A stretch of DNA of 64,000 nt, from NCBI GenBank assembly GCA_964016885.1, contig OZ024741.1, positions 180,420,001 to 180,484,000 on the forward strand, in the 5' to 3' direction. The position numbers and the translations under genes are program-made. Each line of letters starts with the position of its first letter. Position 1 is the stretch's first letter. Positions 1-17,153 of this stretch are shown here, piece by piece. The notes under the pieces are model-generated. The model did not search any database. It worked only from the letters and a program-made list of their open reading frames with translations, and had not been told where the DNA came from. This DNA comes from Eledone cirrhosa (taxonomy: Eukaryota).

Positions 1-2003
<2,003 letters not shown>

Positions 2004-2583
2004 TCATCATCATCATCAGGTTTAGCGTCCGTGTTCCACGCTTGCATGGGTTTGGACGGGGGTTTTCCCACTTGAGGCAAGAGTGGTTGTCTTGCTCGCA
2101 TAGGACTGTCTGGCGGGTTTTCTACAGTTGGATGCCCTTCCTAACACCAACCACATTTACAGTGTGGGGCTGGGAGGTTTTTACCGTGTTGCCTACACGG
2201 CCACATTACAGCGTGGACTGTCTGGCGGGTTTTCTACAGCTGGATGCCCTTCCTAACACCAACCACATTTACAGTGTGGGGCTGGGAGGTTTTTACCGTG
2301 TTGCCTACACGGCCACATTTACAGCGTGGACTGTGTGTTTTTTGTCGTGACACCTACACGATCTCATTTGTTTCGGGCTGGATGTTGTGGGACCAACATA
2401 ACTTTACATTGAAAGGGGCGGTGTGGGTGGGGTGGAGGTGGTGGGACGGGGGTGTGTTTTGATAGAGATGCCTACTGACTGTAGTAGGTTTTTACTTTGT
2501 ATTTAGGTAAGGCGGGTCTTCTCTATTACTGAGTACCGCCAACGGTCTCGGTCCAGTGACATTGTCTTGGAGAGGTGTAAGCG
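2004..2583 (-). mobile_element. RTE LINE family A, 3' fragment (last codons, 3' UTR with 2x ~112-bp repeat, (GAT)n tail)
   Basis: Encodes [26 protein letters not shown]; near-identical to 34952-35531. Confidence 0.95.
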
Positions 2584-2595
2584 TATATATATATG

Positions 2596-2648
<53 letters not shown>

Positions 2649-2669
2649 GTATATATATATGTATATATG

Positions 2670-2750
<81 letters not shown>

Positions 2751-2771
2751 GTATATATATATGTATATATG

Positions 2772-2820
<49 letters not shown>
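2584..2820. repeat. (TA)nTG array
   Basis: Seen directly. Confidence 0.99.
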
Positions 2821-2821
<1 letters not shown>

Positions 2822-2822
2822 G

Positions 2823-3041
2823 TGAAGGCGTGTGGCTGAGTGGTTAGAGAATTGGATTCGCAATCGTAAGGTTGTGAGTTCGATTCCTGGACCAGGTGAT
2901 GCGTTATGTCCTTGAGCAAGACACTTTATTTCACGTTGCTCCTTCTACCTGGAGTTGCGACCGATAGATAGAATTAGCAATTGGAAAGACCAACGGAAAC
3001 ATTGTTCCCTCGGTCCGATTTGACGAAAGTCGATCGATTAG
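2823..3041 (+). mobile_element. tRNA-derived SINE with CORE-like central domain
   Basis: A box TGGCTGAGTGG, B box GTTCGATTCC, then gtccttgagcaagacacttt. Second copy at ~60490-60670. Confidence 0.85.
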
Positions 3042-3042
3042 A

Positions 3043-3043
3043 G

Positions 3044-3133
<90 letters not shown>

Positions 3134-3144
3134 GTATATATATG

Positions 3145-3181
<37 letters not shown>

Positions 3182-3190
3182 GTATATATG

Positions 3191-3227
<37 letters not shown>

Positions 3228-3228
3228 G

Positions 3229-3309
<81 letters not shown>

Positions 3310-3320
3310 GTATATATATG

Positions 3321-3355
<35 letters not shown>

Positions 3356-3412
3356 GTATATATATGTATATGTATATATATGTATGTATATATATATATA
3401 TATATGTATATG

Positions 3413-3443
<31 letters not shown>

Positions 3444-3450
3444 GTATATG

Positions 3451-3482
<32 letters not shown>

Positions 3483-3490
3483 TGTATATG

Positions 3491-3535
<45 letters not shown>

Positions 3536-3696
3536 ATATATATATATATGTATATATATGTATGTATATGTATATATATATATATATGTATGTATATGTA
3601 TATATATATATATATGTATATATATGTATATATATGTATATATATGTATATGTATATATATGTATATATATGTATATATATATATATGTATATATA

Positions 3697-3729
<33 letters not shown>

Positions 3730-3762
3730 ATATATGTATATATGTATATATATGTATATATG

Positions 3763-3793
<31 letters not shown>

Positions 3794-3830
3794 GTATGTA
3801 TATATATATATATATGTATATATATGTATG

Positions 3831-3861
<31 letters not shown>

Positions 3862-4236
3862 GTATGTATATATATATATATGTATATATATGTATATATG
3901 TATATATATATATATATGTATATATATGTATATATATATTTATATATATGTATATATGTATATGTATATATATGTATGTATATATATATATATATGTATA
4001 TATATGTATATATATATGTATATATATGTATATATATGTATATATATGTATATATATGTATATACATGTATATATATATATATATGTATATATATGTATA
4101 TATATGTATATATATGTATATATATGTATATATATGTATATATATGTATATATATGTATATATATGTGTATATATATGTATATATATGTATATATATATG
4201 TATATATATGTATATATATGTATATATATGTATATG

Positions 4237-4267
<31 letters not shown>

Positions 4268-4280
4268 GTATATATATATG

Positions 4281-4311
<31 letters not shown>

Positions 4312-4358
4312 GTATATATATGTATATATATATATATGTATATATATGTATATATATG

Positions 4359-4391
<33 letters not shown>

Positions 4392-4432
4392 GTATATATA
4401 TATGTATATATATATATATGTATATATATGTA
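3043..4432. repeat. (TA)nTG array
   Basis: Seen directly. Confidence 0.99.
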
Positions 4433-7400
4433 TTAAATTAAGAATCATTAAACTCAGACTAGTCCTGAATAAGACAATTGCAAGAATCATTAAACTCAGA
4501 CTAGTCCTGAATAAGACAATTGCAAGAATCATTAAACTCAGACTAGTCCTGAATAAGACAATTACCACAATAATATCAGCTTACGCACCCCAATCGGGGC
4601 TGCCAGACGAACTTAAGGATAGGTTTTACGAGTCCCTAATACACACTACTGCTCTAACAGACGACAAGGACTTCCTAATCATTGCAGGAGATTTTAACGG
4701 ACACGTAGGTAAACCACTGCGACGGCTTCAATAGAGTACATGGAGGCCATGGAGTTGGCACAAGGAATGAGGAAGGATTCAGACTTCTAGAATTCTGCGA
4801 CGCCAATGACATGTCGATATGTAACACAAACTTTAAAAAACCCGACAACCACCTGATCACCTATAGATCAGGGGAGCACTCTAGTCAGTTAGATTTTATC
4901 CTCATCAGAGGACGTGACAGATGGACGGTCGTAAACACAAAAGCCTTCCCTAGTGAGGAATGTACATCCCAACATAGCTTAGTTGTCAGCGACCTCACGG
5001 TCAGAACTAGACGAGCCCTGAAACAGAGGCCAACCTGGAGAAGAAAGATCTGGAAGCTGAAAGTCCCCTCAACCAGTAACAGATTTAAAGATATTTTACT
5101 CAACGCCTACGACAGTAAAGAAGAACAGATAGAGACATTTAACGTAGAAGAGAACTGGGAGTTCCTAAAAAATAACTTACTAGAGGCGACGGATGAGGTT
5201 TGTGGCTGGAGTAAGACCTCAAGCAGGAGGAGAGTGACTTGGTGGTGGAACAATAAGGTAGATGAAGCAGTCAAGGCCAAGAGACAGGCATGGAAAGATG
5301 GAAGAACGGGGGGAGCAGGGTACATTACATAGAGACCAAGAGGGAAGCTAGGCGACAAGTATACTTAGCTAGGAGGGAAGCAGAGGATAGAAAATTCAAG
5401 CATGTTTTACAACGTGAGGACCAGAAACAGGAGGTATTCAAGATTGCGAGGCAGTGTGTCAGAGATAGTTGTGATGTCATTGGAGAGAAGTGTATCCGAA
5501 TGATAAAGGTGAGCTTGCCCTCACAAGTGCTGAGAAGAAAGATGCATGGAAGAGTCATTATGATAGATTACTAAATGAGGAGAATGCATGGGAAGAAGAG
5601 ACCCTACCCCACGTAGACCCTATAGAGGGACCAGCAGTACAAGTCAGCGGCAGCGTAGTAAGTAAGGCAATCAGAGATATGAAGATAGGGAAGGCAACCG
5701 GTCCATCGGGTATAGCTGCCGAGATGCTGAAGGCATCTGGGTCTGTAGGTCACACTATAACCACATGTATCGTTAACCAGGTAATACTAGAGGGGGCCAT
5801 ACCAAAAGATTGGTGCAGTAGCATCATTGTCAACTGCTACAAAGGTAAAGGCGATGCACTAGATAGAGGAAACTATAGAGGTATAAAGTTGATGGACCAG
5901 GTCATGAAAGTAACAGAAAGAGTTATAGCACAGCTGATTAGGGACCGGGTGAATATAGACGAGATGCAATTTGGGTTTGTTCCAGGGAAAGGCACCACTG
6001 ATGCGCTCTTCCTTGTGAGGCAATTACAGGAAAAGTACCTAGCTAAAAGTAAGCCACTCTACTTGGCATTTGTCGACCTTGAGAAAGCCTTTGACAGAGT
6101 TCCACGTGCAGTAATCTGGTGGGCTCTTAGAAAACTAGGAGTAGATGAATGGCTTGTGAAGGCGGTACAAGCCATGTATAGGGGAGCAGTCAGCAAAGTT
6201 AGGATTGGCAATGAGTATAGCGAGGAATTTAGCGTACAGGTTGGGGTCCACCAGGGCTCTGTTCTTAGCCCTCTCCTGTTCATCATAGTCCTGCAGGCAA
6301 TAACGGAGGAGTTTAAGACCGGATGCCCATGGGAACTCCTGTATGCTGATGACCTCGCACTCATAGCTGAATCTATGGTAGAACTAGAGAATAAATTCCA
6401 AACCTGGAAGCAGGGACTAGAGAGAAAGGGCCTCAAAGTCAACATGACAAAGACTAAGGTCCTTATAAGTAGACGAGAAAACAGAACCCAGATCCCCTCA
6501 GGGAAATGGCCTTGCTCAGTATGTAGGAAAGGTGTAGGTAGGAACTCCATTCTTTGCCCAAATGCAAACAATGGGTACACAAGAGATGTAGCGGGATCTC
6601 AGGAAGCTTAATTAAGAATGTAGGATTCACATGCAGCAGCTGTGCTGAAACAGCAAGCAAACAGCCACAGGAAACAAGTACCACCAATCTCTGGGAGGGC
6701 CCTGTAGAAACAGTAGACAGCTTCTGCTACCTAGGTGACCGAATTAGCAACGGAGGTGGGTGCTCAGAAAGTACAATAACTAGGGTAAGAACGGGATGGA
6801 AGAAGTTTAGGGAACTACTACCACTGCTAGCTGCAAAAGGCTTCTCCCTCAGAATGAAAGGCAGACTGTATGATGCGTGTATCCGAACAGCGATGTTGCA
6901 TGGTAGTGAGACCTGGGCGCTGAAGGTGGAAGACTTACGTAGATTAGAGAGAAACGAAGCCTGCATGCTCCGATGGATGTGTAACAGTAATATACGTGAA
7001 CGACAAAGCATAAATGAATTGAGAGAGAGACTGAGCATAAGAGGAATCAAATGCTGCGTGCAGGAGAGGCGGTTACGCTGGTATGGACATGTGATGCGTA
7101 TGAAGGATGACAGCTGCATAAAAAGGTGCAGAGCACTAGAAGTTGATGGAAACCGCGGAGTGGGGAGACCCAAGATGACTTGGGATGAGGTGATAAAAGC
7201 CGACCTTACCCAACTACACCTCTCAAAGTCAATGACACACGACCGTGACTTCTGGCGTCACGCAGTAATACAGGGTACCCGACCTCCCATGGGTACATGC
7301 TGAAGCATATAAACAATATGCCCCCCCCCCCCCCCCCACCGCAAGGTGGTCGTGGAGGTGCCACGGCAAAAAAGCACCCAGCCCACACTGTAAAGTGGAC

Positions 7401-7610
7401 GTGTAGGCACCACGAAAAAGCACCCAGCACTCACTGTAAATGAGGTTGGTGTTAGGAAGGGCATCCAGCTGTAGAAATCAAGCCAGATCAGTTCCTGTAT
7501 GAGCAAGGCATGGTCAGCCGACCAGACACTGCCCACAACAGGACAACCCGTCTAACCCATGCTAGCGTGGAAGAACGGACGTAAAACGGTGATGATGATG
7601 ATGATGATGA
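4433..7610 (+). mobile_element. RTE LINE family B, 5'-truncated; APE endonuclease + RT + PHD-like Cys insert; 3' UTR and (GAT)n tail
   Basis: [40 protein letters not shown] and LRWYGHV motifs over four to five frames; gat tail ~7588-7610. Confidence 0.97.
4441..7303 (+). pseudogene. RTE-B EN/RT ORF broken by single-base indels (~4715, ~5298, ~5499, ~6558)
   Basis: Comparison with the copy at 46873-49638 shows 1-nt losses in short runs (gaatgg>gatgg, ccggaa>ccgaa, cccc>ccc); these may be sequencing errors. Confidence 0.8.
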
Positions 7611-7744
7611 TATGTATGTATATATATATATATGTATATATATGTATATATATGTATGTATATATATATATATGTATATATATGTATGTATATATATATA
7701 TATGTATATATATGTATATATATGTATGTATATATATATATATG

Positions 7745-7777
<33 letters not shown>

Positions 7778-7834
7778 GTATATATATGTATATATATGTA
7801 TATGTATGTATATGTATATATATGTATATATATG

Positions 7835-7867
<33 letters not shown>

Positions 7868-7974
7868 GTATATATATATATGTATATATATATGTATATA
7901 TATATATATGTATATATATGTATATATATATATATGTATATATATATGTATATATATATATATGTATATATATG

Positions 7975-8021
<47 letters not shown>

Positions 8022-8041
8022 GTATATATATGTATATATAT

Positions 8042-8073
<32 letters not shown>

Positions 8074-8166
8074 GTATATATATATGTATATGTATATATA
8101 TGTATATATATATATATATGTATATGTATATATATGTATATATATGTATATATATGTATATATATG

Positions 8167-8197
<31 letters not shown>

Positions 8198-8248
8198 GTA
8201 TATATATATATGTATATGTATATATACGTATATATATGTATATATATG

Positions 8249-8279
<31 letters not shown>

Positions 8280-8308
8280 GTATATATATGTATGTATATA
8301 TATGTATA
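7611..8308. repeat. (TA)nTG array
   Basis: Seen directly. Confidence 0.99.
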
Positions 8309-8395
8309 TAACTTTGAATAACTTTGAAATGTTTTGGCCAGTATTGGCCCAGGCCATGTCTAACTTAATAGCACCACCTGGCGAAGTCTTTCAAT

Positions 8396-11293
8396 TCAGG
8401 ATTTGGGCACCATGGCCCATTCGAGAAGAGAATTACTGTTTGCGGAGACATATCCGGGTGTGGGTGGTTTGTCCGGGATTACTTGGAGGAATTTGTCCAA
8501 AGACTTCTTGAATTTTGTGTGGTCAGTTTCTGTTTTGACGTGTCCTGGTGTGATGTTGAAGAGCGCAGGGCCGATTGAGGTGAAATAATTGTGCCGTATT
8601 GTTGTTATGAGTTGCGATTTAGATTTTTGAATGGGACGGATAGCACGAGGCCCAAGCCTTGGGTGTATCTTGAAGGCGATGCCAACATCATTTGGGCAGT
8701 GATGATGGAACATTTTCCACATCATGCAGATAATATAACGCTCACGGCGACGTTGGAGTGAGTAAAGTTTCAGGTTTTCCAATCGACCCCAGTAGTCAAG
8801 GTCTGACATGCCATCTATCTTTTTCGTGATTGCCCTTTGAGGAGCTTCAAGTTTCATGATACTTTGTTTCGTGTGGGGAGACCACAGTGGACAACAGTAT
8901 TCAAGGTGTGGTCGGGCGAAAGTAGAGAAGAGAAGGATAATGGTGCGGGAATCTCTCGACTGGAAGGTTCTGAGGATCCAGGAACACATTCTGCGGGCCA
9001 TGTCAACTTTGCTGCTTATATGCGTGGTCCAGCTTATGTTGCTGTCCACGGTTACTCCCAAGTCTCTGATGTTGTTAGATGCCACGAGAGTTTCCCCGGA
9101 GGGAAGGGAGTACGGGAGTTTCAGAGCATCCTCTTTTCCAAAGTGGATCAGTTCGAATTTGTCTTCGTTCAGTAACATGTTGTTCTTTTTTGCCCATTGG
9201 GTAACAGCCAGTAGGTCTGACTGAAGGCTTATCCGGTCATCCACGCCATTGATGACCTTTTGGAGCTTGGAATCATCAGCGAAAATTTTAATGTTGCTGT
9301 GTTTGATGATGTCAGTGATGTCATTAATATAGATGATGAAGAGAAGTGGGCCCAACACAGTGCCTTGTGGGACTCCACTACTGACTTTGGCTGGGCTTGA
9401 TTTGACTCCCTCAACTACAACATGTTGGGTTCTGTTTGACAGGGAGCTCTTGATCCACTGCAGCAGCTTTCCAGTGACACCAATATTGGACAGCTTTCTC
9501 AGTAGAATGTTATGATCAACCCTGTCAAAGGCCTTGCTGAAATCAAGGTAGATAACATCAGTGTTGGAACCCTCTCCCAAGGCTCTCAAAATGTCATCAA
9601 AGTGATGCAGTAGTTGCGTCAGGCAATCCCTTCCATTACGGAATCCATGCTGGTTGGAGTTCAGCATATTGTTACTCTCAAGGAAGTGGGTCATTCGCGA
9701 TCTCACCACTCGCTCAAATACCTTAATGATATGAGAGGTGAGTGAGATTGGACGGTAATTCACGGCAAGGGATTTGTTTCCCTTTTTGAAAACTGGGACA
9801 ACAGACTGGGATAGAAGGTTTTCTGGCACATATCCAGCATCCAGTGAGTTCCGCCACAGATTGGCAAGAGGAGAAGCAAGTTGGTGTTGACACGCCTTCA
9901 AGACACAAGCAGGGAACCTATCGGGACCTACTGCTGAATTATGCTTGATTTCCTTTATTGCCGCCAAGACATCAGGGGCGCCAAACGTTATGTCCGATAA
10001 GGTGTAATGGGGAGTAACATCGCCGATACAGCCCAGATCGGCCATATCAGGATTGCTGAAAACAGAGCAGTATTGTTTCTGCAGTATCTCACCCATGGTT
10101 TTAGCATTGTCTTGAAGAGTGCCATTTTCATCAATTAGAGGGCCAACAGTAGAGCCAGTGATTTTGTGTTTTTTTGCAAATGAAAAGAACACTTTGGGAT
10201 TGAGTTTGATCTTCTCAATGGCCCAGGCCTCTTCAGCTCTTCTCTGATTGTTGATGAGGGACATTATGTTGTTTTGGAGGTTATGTTTTTTAATCTCTAG
10301 TGATGAAATGGCAGTCAAGTTGATGTGTTGCTGCTGACAGTATTTCAGCTTGTTGATTTTTTTGTTCGTTCTCTTAATTTTTCTGATGAGCGTTTTTCTA
10401 TTTCTAGGGATTCTGCTCTTAGATTTGTTTATAGTTCTTAATGGGGTGTGTTTAGCACATATGTTTGTAACAGTGTCCACAAATGTCTGCCAGGACTTTT
10501 TGATGTTAGTGGGTGTATGAGTGTGCGTGAAGGACCAGTCGACATGTGCAAGATCATGACTGATCGCTTCCCAGTTTGCATTGTGGAAATCCATAGCGTC
10601 AAACGGATGGACAGGAGAGATGACATTGGGTTTGTATATTGGACGGTGGAATCTCAGATCACAGAGAACCATGTCATGATCAGAGAGTAGAGTTTTCTCC
10701 ACTGCAATATTGTGGATATTGTCAGTGTGATTGCTGAAAATTAAGTCTAGGACGTTTTTGTGGCACCTCGTTGGTTCGAGCACTAGTTGGGATAGGAAGA
10801 AATCATCCATGAAGTCAAGAAGCGATTCCACAGCTTCCCTGTCAGAGGTTGAGGCAGAAGAACCTGGTGGCAGGGTGTTTGTGGACCAGTCAACTCCGGG
10901 GAGGTTGAAGTCCCCCATCATTAAGATGTTGTCAGGGTGACACTCTTGGATGAAACACTTTATGCTGTTGAGGCATTCCTTGAAGCATGGTACAGGCGTT
11001 TGGGGTGGCCTATAGAGCCCAACTACTAATAGGTTGTTGGTTTGACTGAATACAGTGACTGCCTCACAGTATCCATTAGTGAATATGTTCATAGCCTCTG
11101 TTGAGAAAGAATTATGGACATAAATGGCAGTTCCGCCCTTTCCTCTGCCAGCGCGATCAGCACGGATGGCTTTGAAATTTTTCACTTTCACCTCGGCTTC
11201 CAAGTGGAGGTTACTGTTGGTGACTGTGGTAGTGGTTATTTTTATGTAGGTTATGGTTTTTGTTTTTGCTTTTATTTTTAATTTTATTTTCAT
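8396..11293 (-). CDS. LINE ORF2: APE endonuclease (N-terminus missing) + reverse transcriptase
   Basis: GLYRPP, MGDFNLP, LDLIF, SDHD; [42 protein letters not shown]. True start uncertain. Confidence 0.95.
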   Translation of the reverse strand: MKIKLKIKAKTKTITYIKITTTTVTNSNLHLEAEVKVKNFKAIRADRAGRGKGGTAIYVHNSFSTEAMNIFTNGYCEAVTVFSQTNNLLVVGLYRPPQTPVPCFKECLNSIKCFIQECHPDNILMMGDFNLPGVDWSTNTLPPGSSASTSDREAVESLLDFMDDFFLSQLVLEPTRCHKNVLDLIFSNHTDNIHNIAVEKTLLSDHDMVLCDLRFHRPIYKPNVISPVHPFDAMDFHNANWEAISHDLAHVDWSFTHTHTPTNIKKSWQTFVDTVTNICAKHTPLRTINKSKSRIPRNRKTLIRKIKRTNKKINKLKYCQQQHINLTAISSLEIKKHNLQNNIMSLINNQRRAEEAWAIEKIKLNPKVFFSFAKKHKITGSTVGPLIDENGTLQDNAKTMGEILQKQYCSVFSNPDMADLGCIGDVTPHYTLSDITFGAPDVLAAIKEIKHNSAVGPDRFPACVLKACQHQLASPLANLWRNSLDAGYVPENLLSQSVVPVFKKGNKSLAVNYRPISLTSHIIKVFERVVRSRMTHFLESNNMLNSNQHGFRNGRDCLTQLLHHFDDILRALGEGSNTDVIYLDFSKAFDRVDHNILLRKLSNIGVTGKLLQWIKSSLSNRTQHVVVEGVKSSPAKVSSGVPQGTVLGPLLFIIYINDITDIIKHSNIKIFADDSKLQKVINGVDDRISLQSDLLAVTQWAKKNNMLLNEDKFELIHFGKEDALKLPYSLPSGETLVASNNIRDLGVTVDSNISWTTHISSKVDMARRMCSWILRTFQSRDSRTIILLFSTFARPHLEYCCPLWSPHTKQSIMKLEAPQRAITKKIDGMSDLDYWGRLENLKLYSLQRRRERYIICMMWKMFHHHCPNDVGIAFKIHPRLGPRAIRPIQKSKSQLITTIRHNYFTSIGPALFNITPGHVKTETDHTKFKKSLDKFLQVIPDKPPTPGYVSANSNSLLEWAMVPKS

Positions 11294-12293
11294 TTATCCG
11301 ACGGGTCCCCGGGAGATGGGTAAAGGGACAATCCCGGTCTAAACACAATCTGTCTCGCAGGGAAAAACGGCAGATTTGTGGATTCCTTGTTTGAGTTATT
11401 GGTGGTTGTGTTGGTGTTAAATTAGAGTATGTATTATGGTGGTGGCTGTTTGTGGGGATAGATCGTTTTGTCCTAGGTAAATGGGTGAATTTGCAGCCAC
11501 TATCCGTACATATTCTATAGCGTAGAGAGTAGCGGCAAATGATGGGGTTTCGAGTGGGTGGGTATGTGGGTGTGGGTGTTGTGAGAGGTGTAGATGATGG
11601 TTTGGGTAGGATTTGACGACCTTTGTGGACTGTGGGAGGGAGAGTTCTTGTTCTGGTATTAGAAGGTAAATTCCTTGACATAGCAGTAGACAAAAATGTT
11701 GTAGTAGTAGTAGTAGTAGTAGGCAGAGATGTTGGCAGTGGTGATGATTGGACTGCTGGGCCAGAGAAAGGATGTGGCGTTTCATGCTGTGAGACAGAGG
11801 CTACTGGGGGGTCAATAGTTTCATTTAGTAGATCGGCCATTGTTGATGAATCAAGGAGTGGTTCACACTGTTGTTGTCGTTGTTGTTGTTGTTGTTGCTG
11901 TTGTTGATGTTGTTGTTGTAGCTGTTGTTGATGTTGTTGTTGTAGCTGTTGTTGTTGTTGCTGTTGTAGCTGCTGTTGTTGTTGTTGCTGCTGCTGGACA
12001 GCATTCGAAGAGAAAACACACCGTAGTTTATCCAAATGTTTATTGATTAATTTAAAAGCAATTTCGATTTGCTTTAATTTATTTTGAATCTGTTGTTCAG
12101 ATCGAGTTTTCAAAAATTGAACTGTACGTTTAGCAATGTCGTTCAGAGATGAAGCATGTATGTCTTCAGTTTGGGAAAGGCAATGCCATGTGTTTATTAG
12201 AATGTCGATTTCATTATCAGACCAGTTCTGTTTGGATTTTTGCTGGATAGCCATTCTAGTTTTGAGTGTGTGTGTTTTAGTTAAGTATTTCAA
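11211..12293 (-). CDS. LINE ORF1: Myb/SANT-like N-terminus, poly-Q, P/T-rich linker, two C-x8-C-x4-C-x3-H fingers
   Basis: NWSDNEIDILINTW...RSEQQIQNKLKQI; CRYSLRYRICTDSGCKFTH and CRFSLRDRLCLDRDCPFTH; located directly upstream of ORF2. Confidence 0.85.
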   Translation of the reverse strand: MKYLTKTHTLKTRMAIQQKSKQNWSDNEIDILINTWHCLSQTEDIHASSLNDIAKRTVQFLKTRSEQQIQNKLKQIEIAFKLINKHLDKLRCVFSSNAVQQQQQQQQQLQQQQQQQLQQQHQQQLQQQHQQQQQQQQQRQQQCEPLLDSSTMADLLNETIDPPVASVSQHETPHPFSGPAVQSSPLPTSLPTTTTTTTTFLSTAMSRNLPSNTRTRTLPPTVHKGRQILPKPSSTPLTTPTPTYPPTRNPIICRYSLRYRICTDSGCKFTHLPRTKRSIPTNSHHHNTYSNLTPTQPPITQTRNPQICRFSLRDRLCLDRDCPFTHLPGTRRINENKIKNKSKNKNHNLHKNNHYHSHQQ

Positions 12294-12486
12294 TATATAT
12301 ATATATTTTTTTTTAAATTTATTTTTGTTTTTTGTTTTTCTTGTGTGTGAGTGAGAAGCGTATATATATAAATATGAGTATATATATATATATATATGTA
12401 TATTCTGGTTATTTGAAATTAATTAAGTTAATGAAAAGACGAAAGTATATAATAATAATTTGTAGTTAAAGGAAAATGTACTCACA

Positions 12487-12683
12487 TATATATATATATA
12501 TATGTATGTATATATATGTATATATATGTATGTATATATATATATGTATATATATATATATGTATATGTATATATATGTATATATATATATGTATATATA
12601 TGTATATATATATATGTATATATATATATATGTATATATATGTATATATATATATATGTATATGTATATATATGTATATATAT
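12487..12683. repeat. (TA)nTG array
   Basis: Seen directly. Confidence 0.98.
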
Positions 12684-13177
12684 GAGCTTATACCACTATT
12701 AGCTGCTAAAGGGTTCTCCCTAAAAATGAAAGGCAGGTTGTACGATGCCTGCATACGAACAGCAATGTTGCATGGTAGTGAGACCTGGGCATTGTGTGCA
12801 GAGGATATACGCAGACTAGAGAGGAACGAAGCTTGCATGCTCCACTGGATCTGTAACAGTAATATACGTGAACGGCAAAGCATAGACGAACTAAGGAAAA
12901 AATTAGAGATAAGAGGGATCAGATGTTGTTTACTCGAGAGAAGGCTGCGTTGGTATGGACACGTGATGCGCATGAAAGTCGATAGCTGTATAACAAAGTG
13001 CAGGGCAATAAAGATAGACGGTAGCCACGGAATAGGCAGACCTAGAAAAACATGGGATGAGCTGATAAACTCCGACCTCACACACTTACACCTCTCCAAG
13101 ACAATGTCACTGGACCGAGACCTTTGGCGGTACTCAGTAACAGAGATGACCCGCCTTGCCAGTAGGCATCTCTAACA
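12684..13177 (+). mobile_element. RTE-A C-terminal fragment, inverted near-duplicate of ~13553-14075
   Basis: [16 protein letters not shown]...; shares KVDSC and GSHGIG variants with the adjacent minus-strand copy. Confidence 0.93.
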
Positions 13178-13206
13178 TACATATATATACATATATATAC
13201 ATATAC

Positions 13207-14644
13207 ATCATCATCATCAACGTTTAACGTCCGTGTTCCACGCTTGCATGGGTTTGGACGGGGGTAGTCCCACTTGAGGCAAGAGTGATTGTCTTGCTCG
13301 CATAGGACTGTCTGGCAGGTTTTCTACAGTTGGATGCCCTTCCTAACACCAACCACATTTACAGTGTGGGTCTGGGAGGTTTTTACCGTGTTGCCTACAC
13401 GGCCACATTACAGCGTGGACTGTGTGTTTTTTTGTCGTGACACCTACACGATCTCATTTGTTTCGGCCTCGATGGCGCGGCACCAACATAACTTTACATA
13501 GAACGGGGTGGTGTGGATCGGGTGGGGGTGGTGGTGGTGGGACGGGGTGTATTTTGTTAGAGATGCCTACTGGCTGGAGTAGGTTTTACTATATATTTAG
13601 GTAAGGCGGGTCTTCTCTGTTACTGAGTACCGCCAAAGGTCTCGGTCCAGTGACATTGTCTTGGAGAGGTGTAAGTGTGTGATGTCGGAGTTTATCAGCT
13701 CGTCCCAGGTTTTTCTAGGTCTGCCTATTCCGTGACTACCGTCTATCTTTATTGCCCTGCACTTTGTTATACAGCTATCGACTTTCATGCGCATCACGTG
13801 TCCATACCAACGTAGCCTTCTCTCGAGTAAACAACATCTGATCCCTCTTATCTCTAATTTTTTCCTTAGTTCGTTTATGCTTTGCCGTTCACGTATATTA
13901 CTGTTACACATCCAGCGGAGCATGCAAGCTTCGTTCCTCTCTAGTCTGCGTATATCCTCTGCACACAATGCCCAGGTCTCACTGCCATGCAGCATTGCTG
14001 TTCGTATGCAGGCATCGTACAACCTGCCTTTCATTTTTAGTGAGAACCCTTTAGCAGCTAATAGTGGTATAAGCTCTCTGAACTTTTTCCAACCAGTTCT
14101 GACTCTAGCTACAGTACTTTCAGAGCACCCTCCCCCACTGCTGATTTTATCGCCCAGGTAACGGAAGCTGTCCACTATTTCTATAGAACCCTCTGCGCAA
14201 TTGAAAGAGCTAGTAGTTTGTGGGCACTTGCTGCTACTTATTGCACCAGAGCACCGGCCACATGTAAAATCTATGTTCTTAGTTAGCTTACCTGTGATCC
14301 CACTACATCTTTTATGCACCCATACTTTGCATTTAGGACATAAAATGGAGTTTCTACCTACGCCTTTCCTACACACCGAGCACGACCATTTCCCAGAAGG
14401 GACCGCCGCCTTGTTTTCTTTCCTACAAACTAGTACTTTGGTCTTAGCCAGGTTAATTTTAAGTCCTTTTGACTCTAGGCCGTGCTTCCATGTTTGGAAT
14501 TTCTTCTCTAGCTCGGCCATTGATTCCGCTATGAGTGTCAGGTCGTCTGCGTATAGGAGTTCCCATGGGCAGCCTGTCTTGAACTCCTCTGTTATAGCCT
14601 GAAGGGCAATAATAAATAGTAGTGGGCTGAGAACAGAGCCCTGA
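13207..14644 (-). mobile_element. RTE-A, 5'-truncated (RT C-terminal half, 3' UTR with one 112-bp unit, tail)
   Basis: ORF 13597-14520 nearly identical to the C-terminus of 35451-38426. Confidence 0.96.
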
Positions 14645-16176
<1,532 letters not shown>

Positions 16177-16424
16177 TCATCATCATCATCATCATCAACG
16201 TTTAACGTCCGTGTTCCACGCTTGCATGGGTTTGGACGGGGGTAGTCCCACTTGAGGCAAGAGTGATTGTCTTGCTCGCATAGGACTGTCTGGCAGGTTT
16301 TCTACAGTTGGATGCCCTTCCTAACACCAACCACATTTACAGTGTGGGTCTGGGAGGTTTTTACCGTGTTGCCTACACGGCCACATTACAGCGTGGACTG
16401 TGTTTTTTTGTCGTGACACCTACA
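16177..16424 (-). mobile_element. RTE-A 3' UTR/tail fragment, direct near-duplicate of 13207-13448
   Basis: Shares ggtagtccc and gagtgattg variants with the 13207 copy. Confidence 0.92.
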
Positions 16425-16955
<531 letters not shown>

Positions 16956-17108
16956 ATACTTTGGGAGGGTCATGTTGCCAATAAGAATCACACGCACCAG
17001 TTGCTTTCACTTCAATTTAATTTATTATATATTTATAAATTTACAAATTTATAAATTTCTGGTTGGTTGGTTGGTTCCACAACCAGATAGTTGTTTATAT
17101 ATATATAT

Positions 17109-17153
17109 AGTCATAGTTCTTTCGTCACACACTCTGTGACCTCTTCAGTGACT
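17109..17153 (-). ncRNA. Minimal type I hammerhead ribozyme in left pLTR
   Basis: Minus strand: agtca CTGAAGA g gtcac-agagtgt-gtgac GAAA gaac TA tgact. Confidence 0.75.

Larger units (their letters stand above)
8309..12360 (-). mobile_element. Two-ORF CR1-group LINE, near full length, 3' tail of tandem TTCAAAGTTA
   Basis: ORF1 + ORF2, short 3' UTR, taactttgaa x2 at 8309-8328. Confidence 0.93.

Noticed and set aside
2823-2895. tRNA-like sequence with A and B boxes (also 41961, 25730, 62560)
   Set aside because: No complete cloverleaf or acceptor stem; continues into SINE body, so these are SINE heads.
4700-6570. Frameshifts in RTE-B as possible programmed frameshifting
   Set aside because: Single-base indels in short runs; those that can be compared are absent from the sister copy, so mutation or sequencing error.
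6727-7173. Recurrent antisense ORFs over RTE copies (also 13787, 35731, 47301)
   Set aside because: Shadow frames of the same repeated RT sequence; recurrence reflects copy identity.
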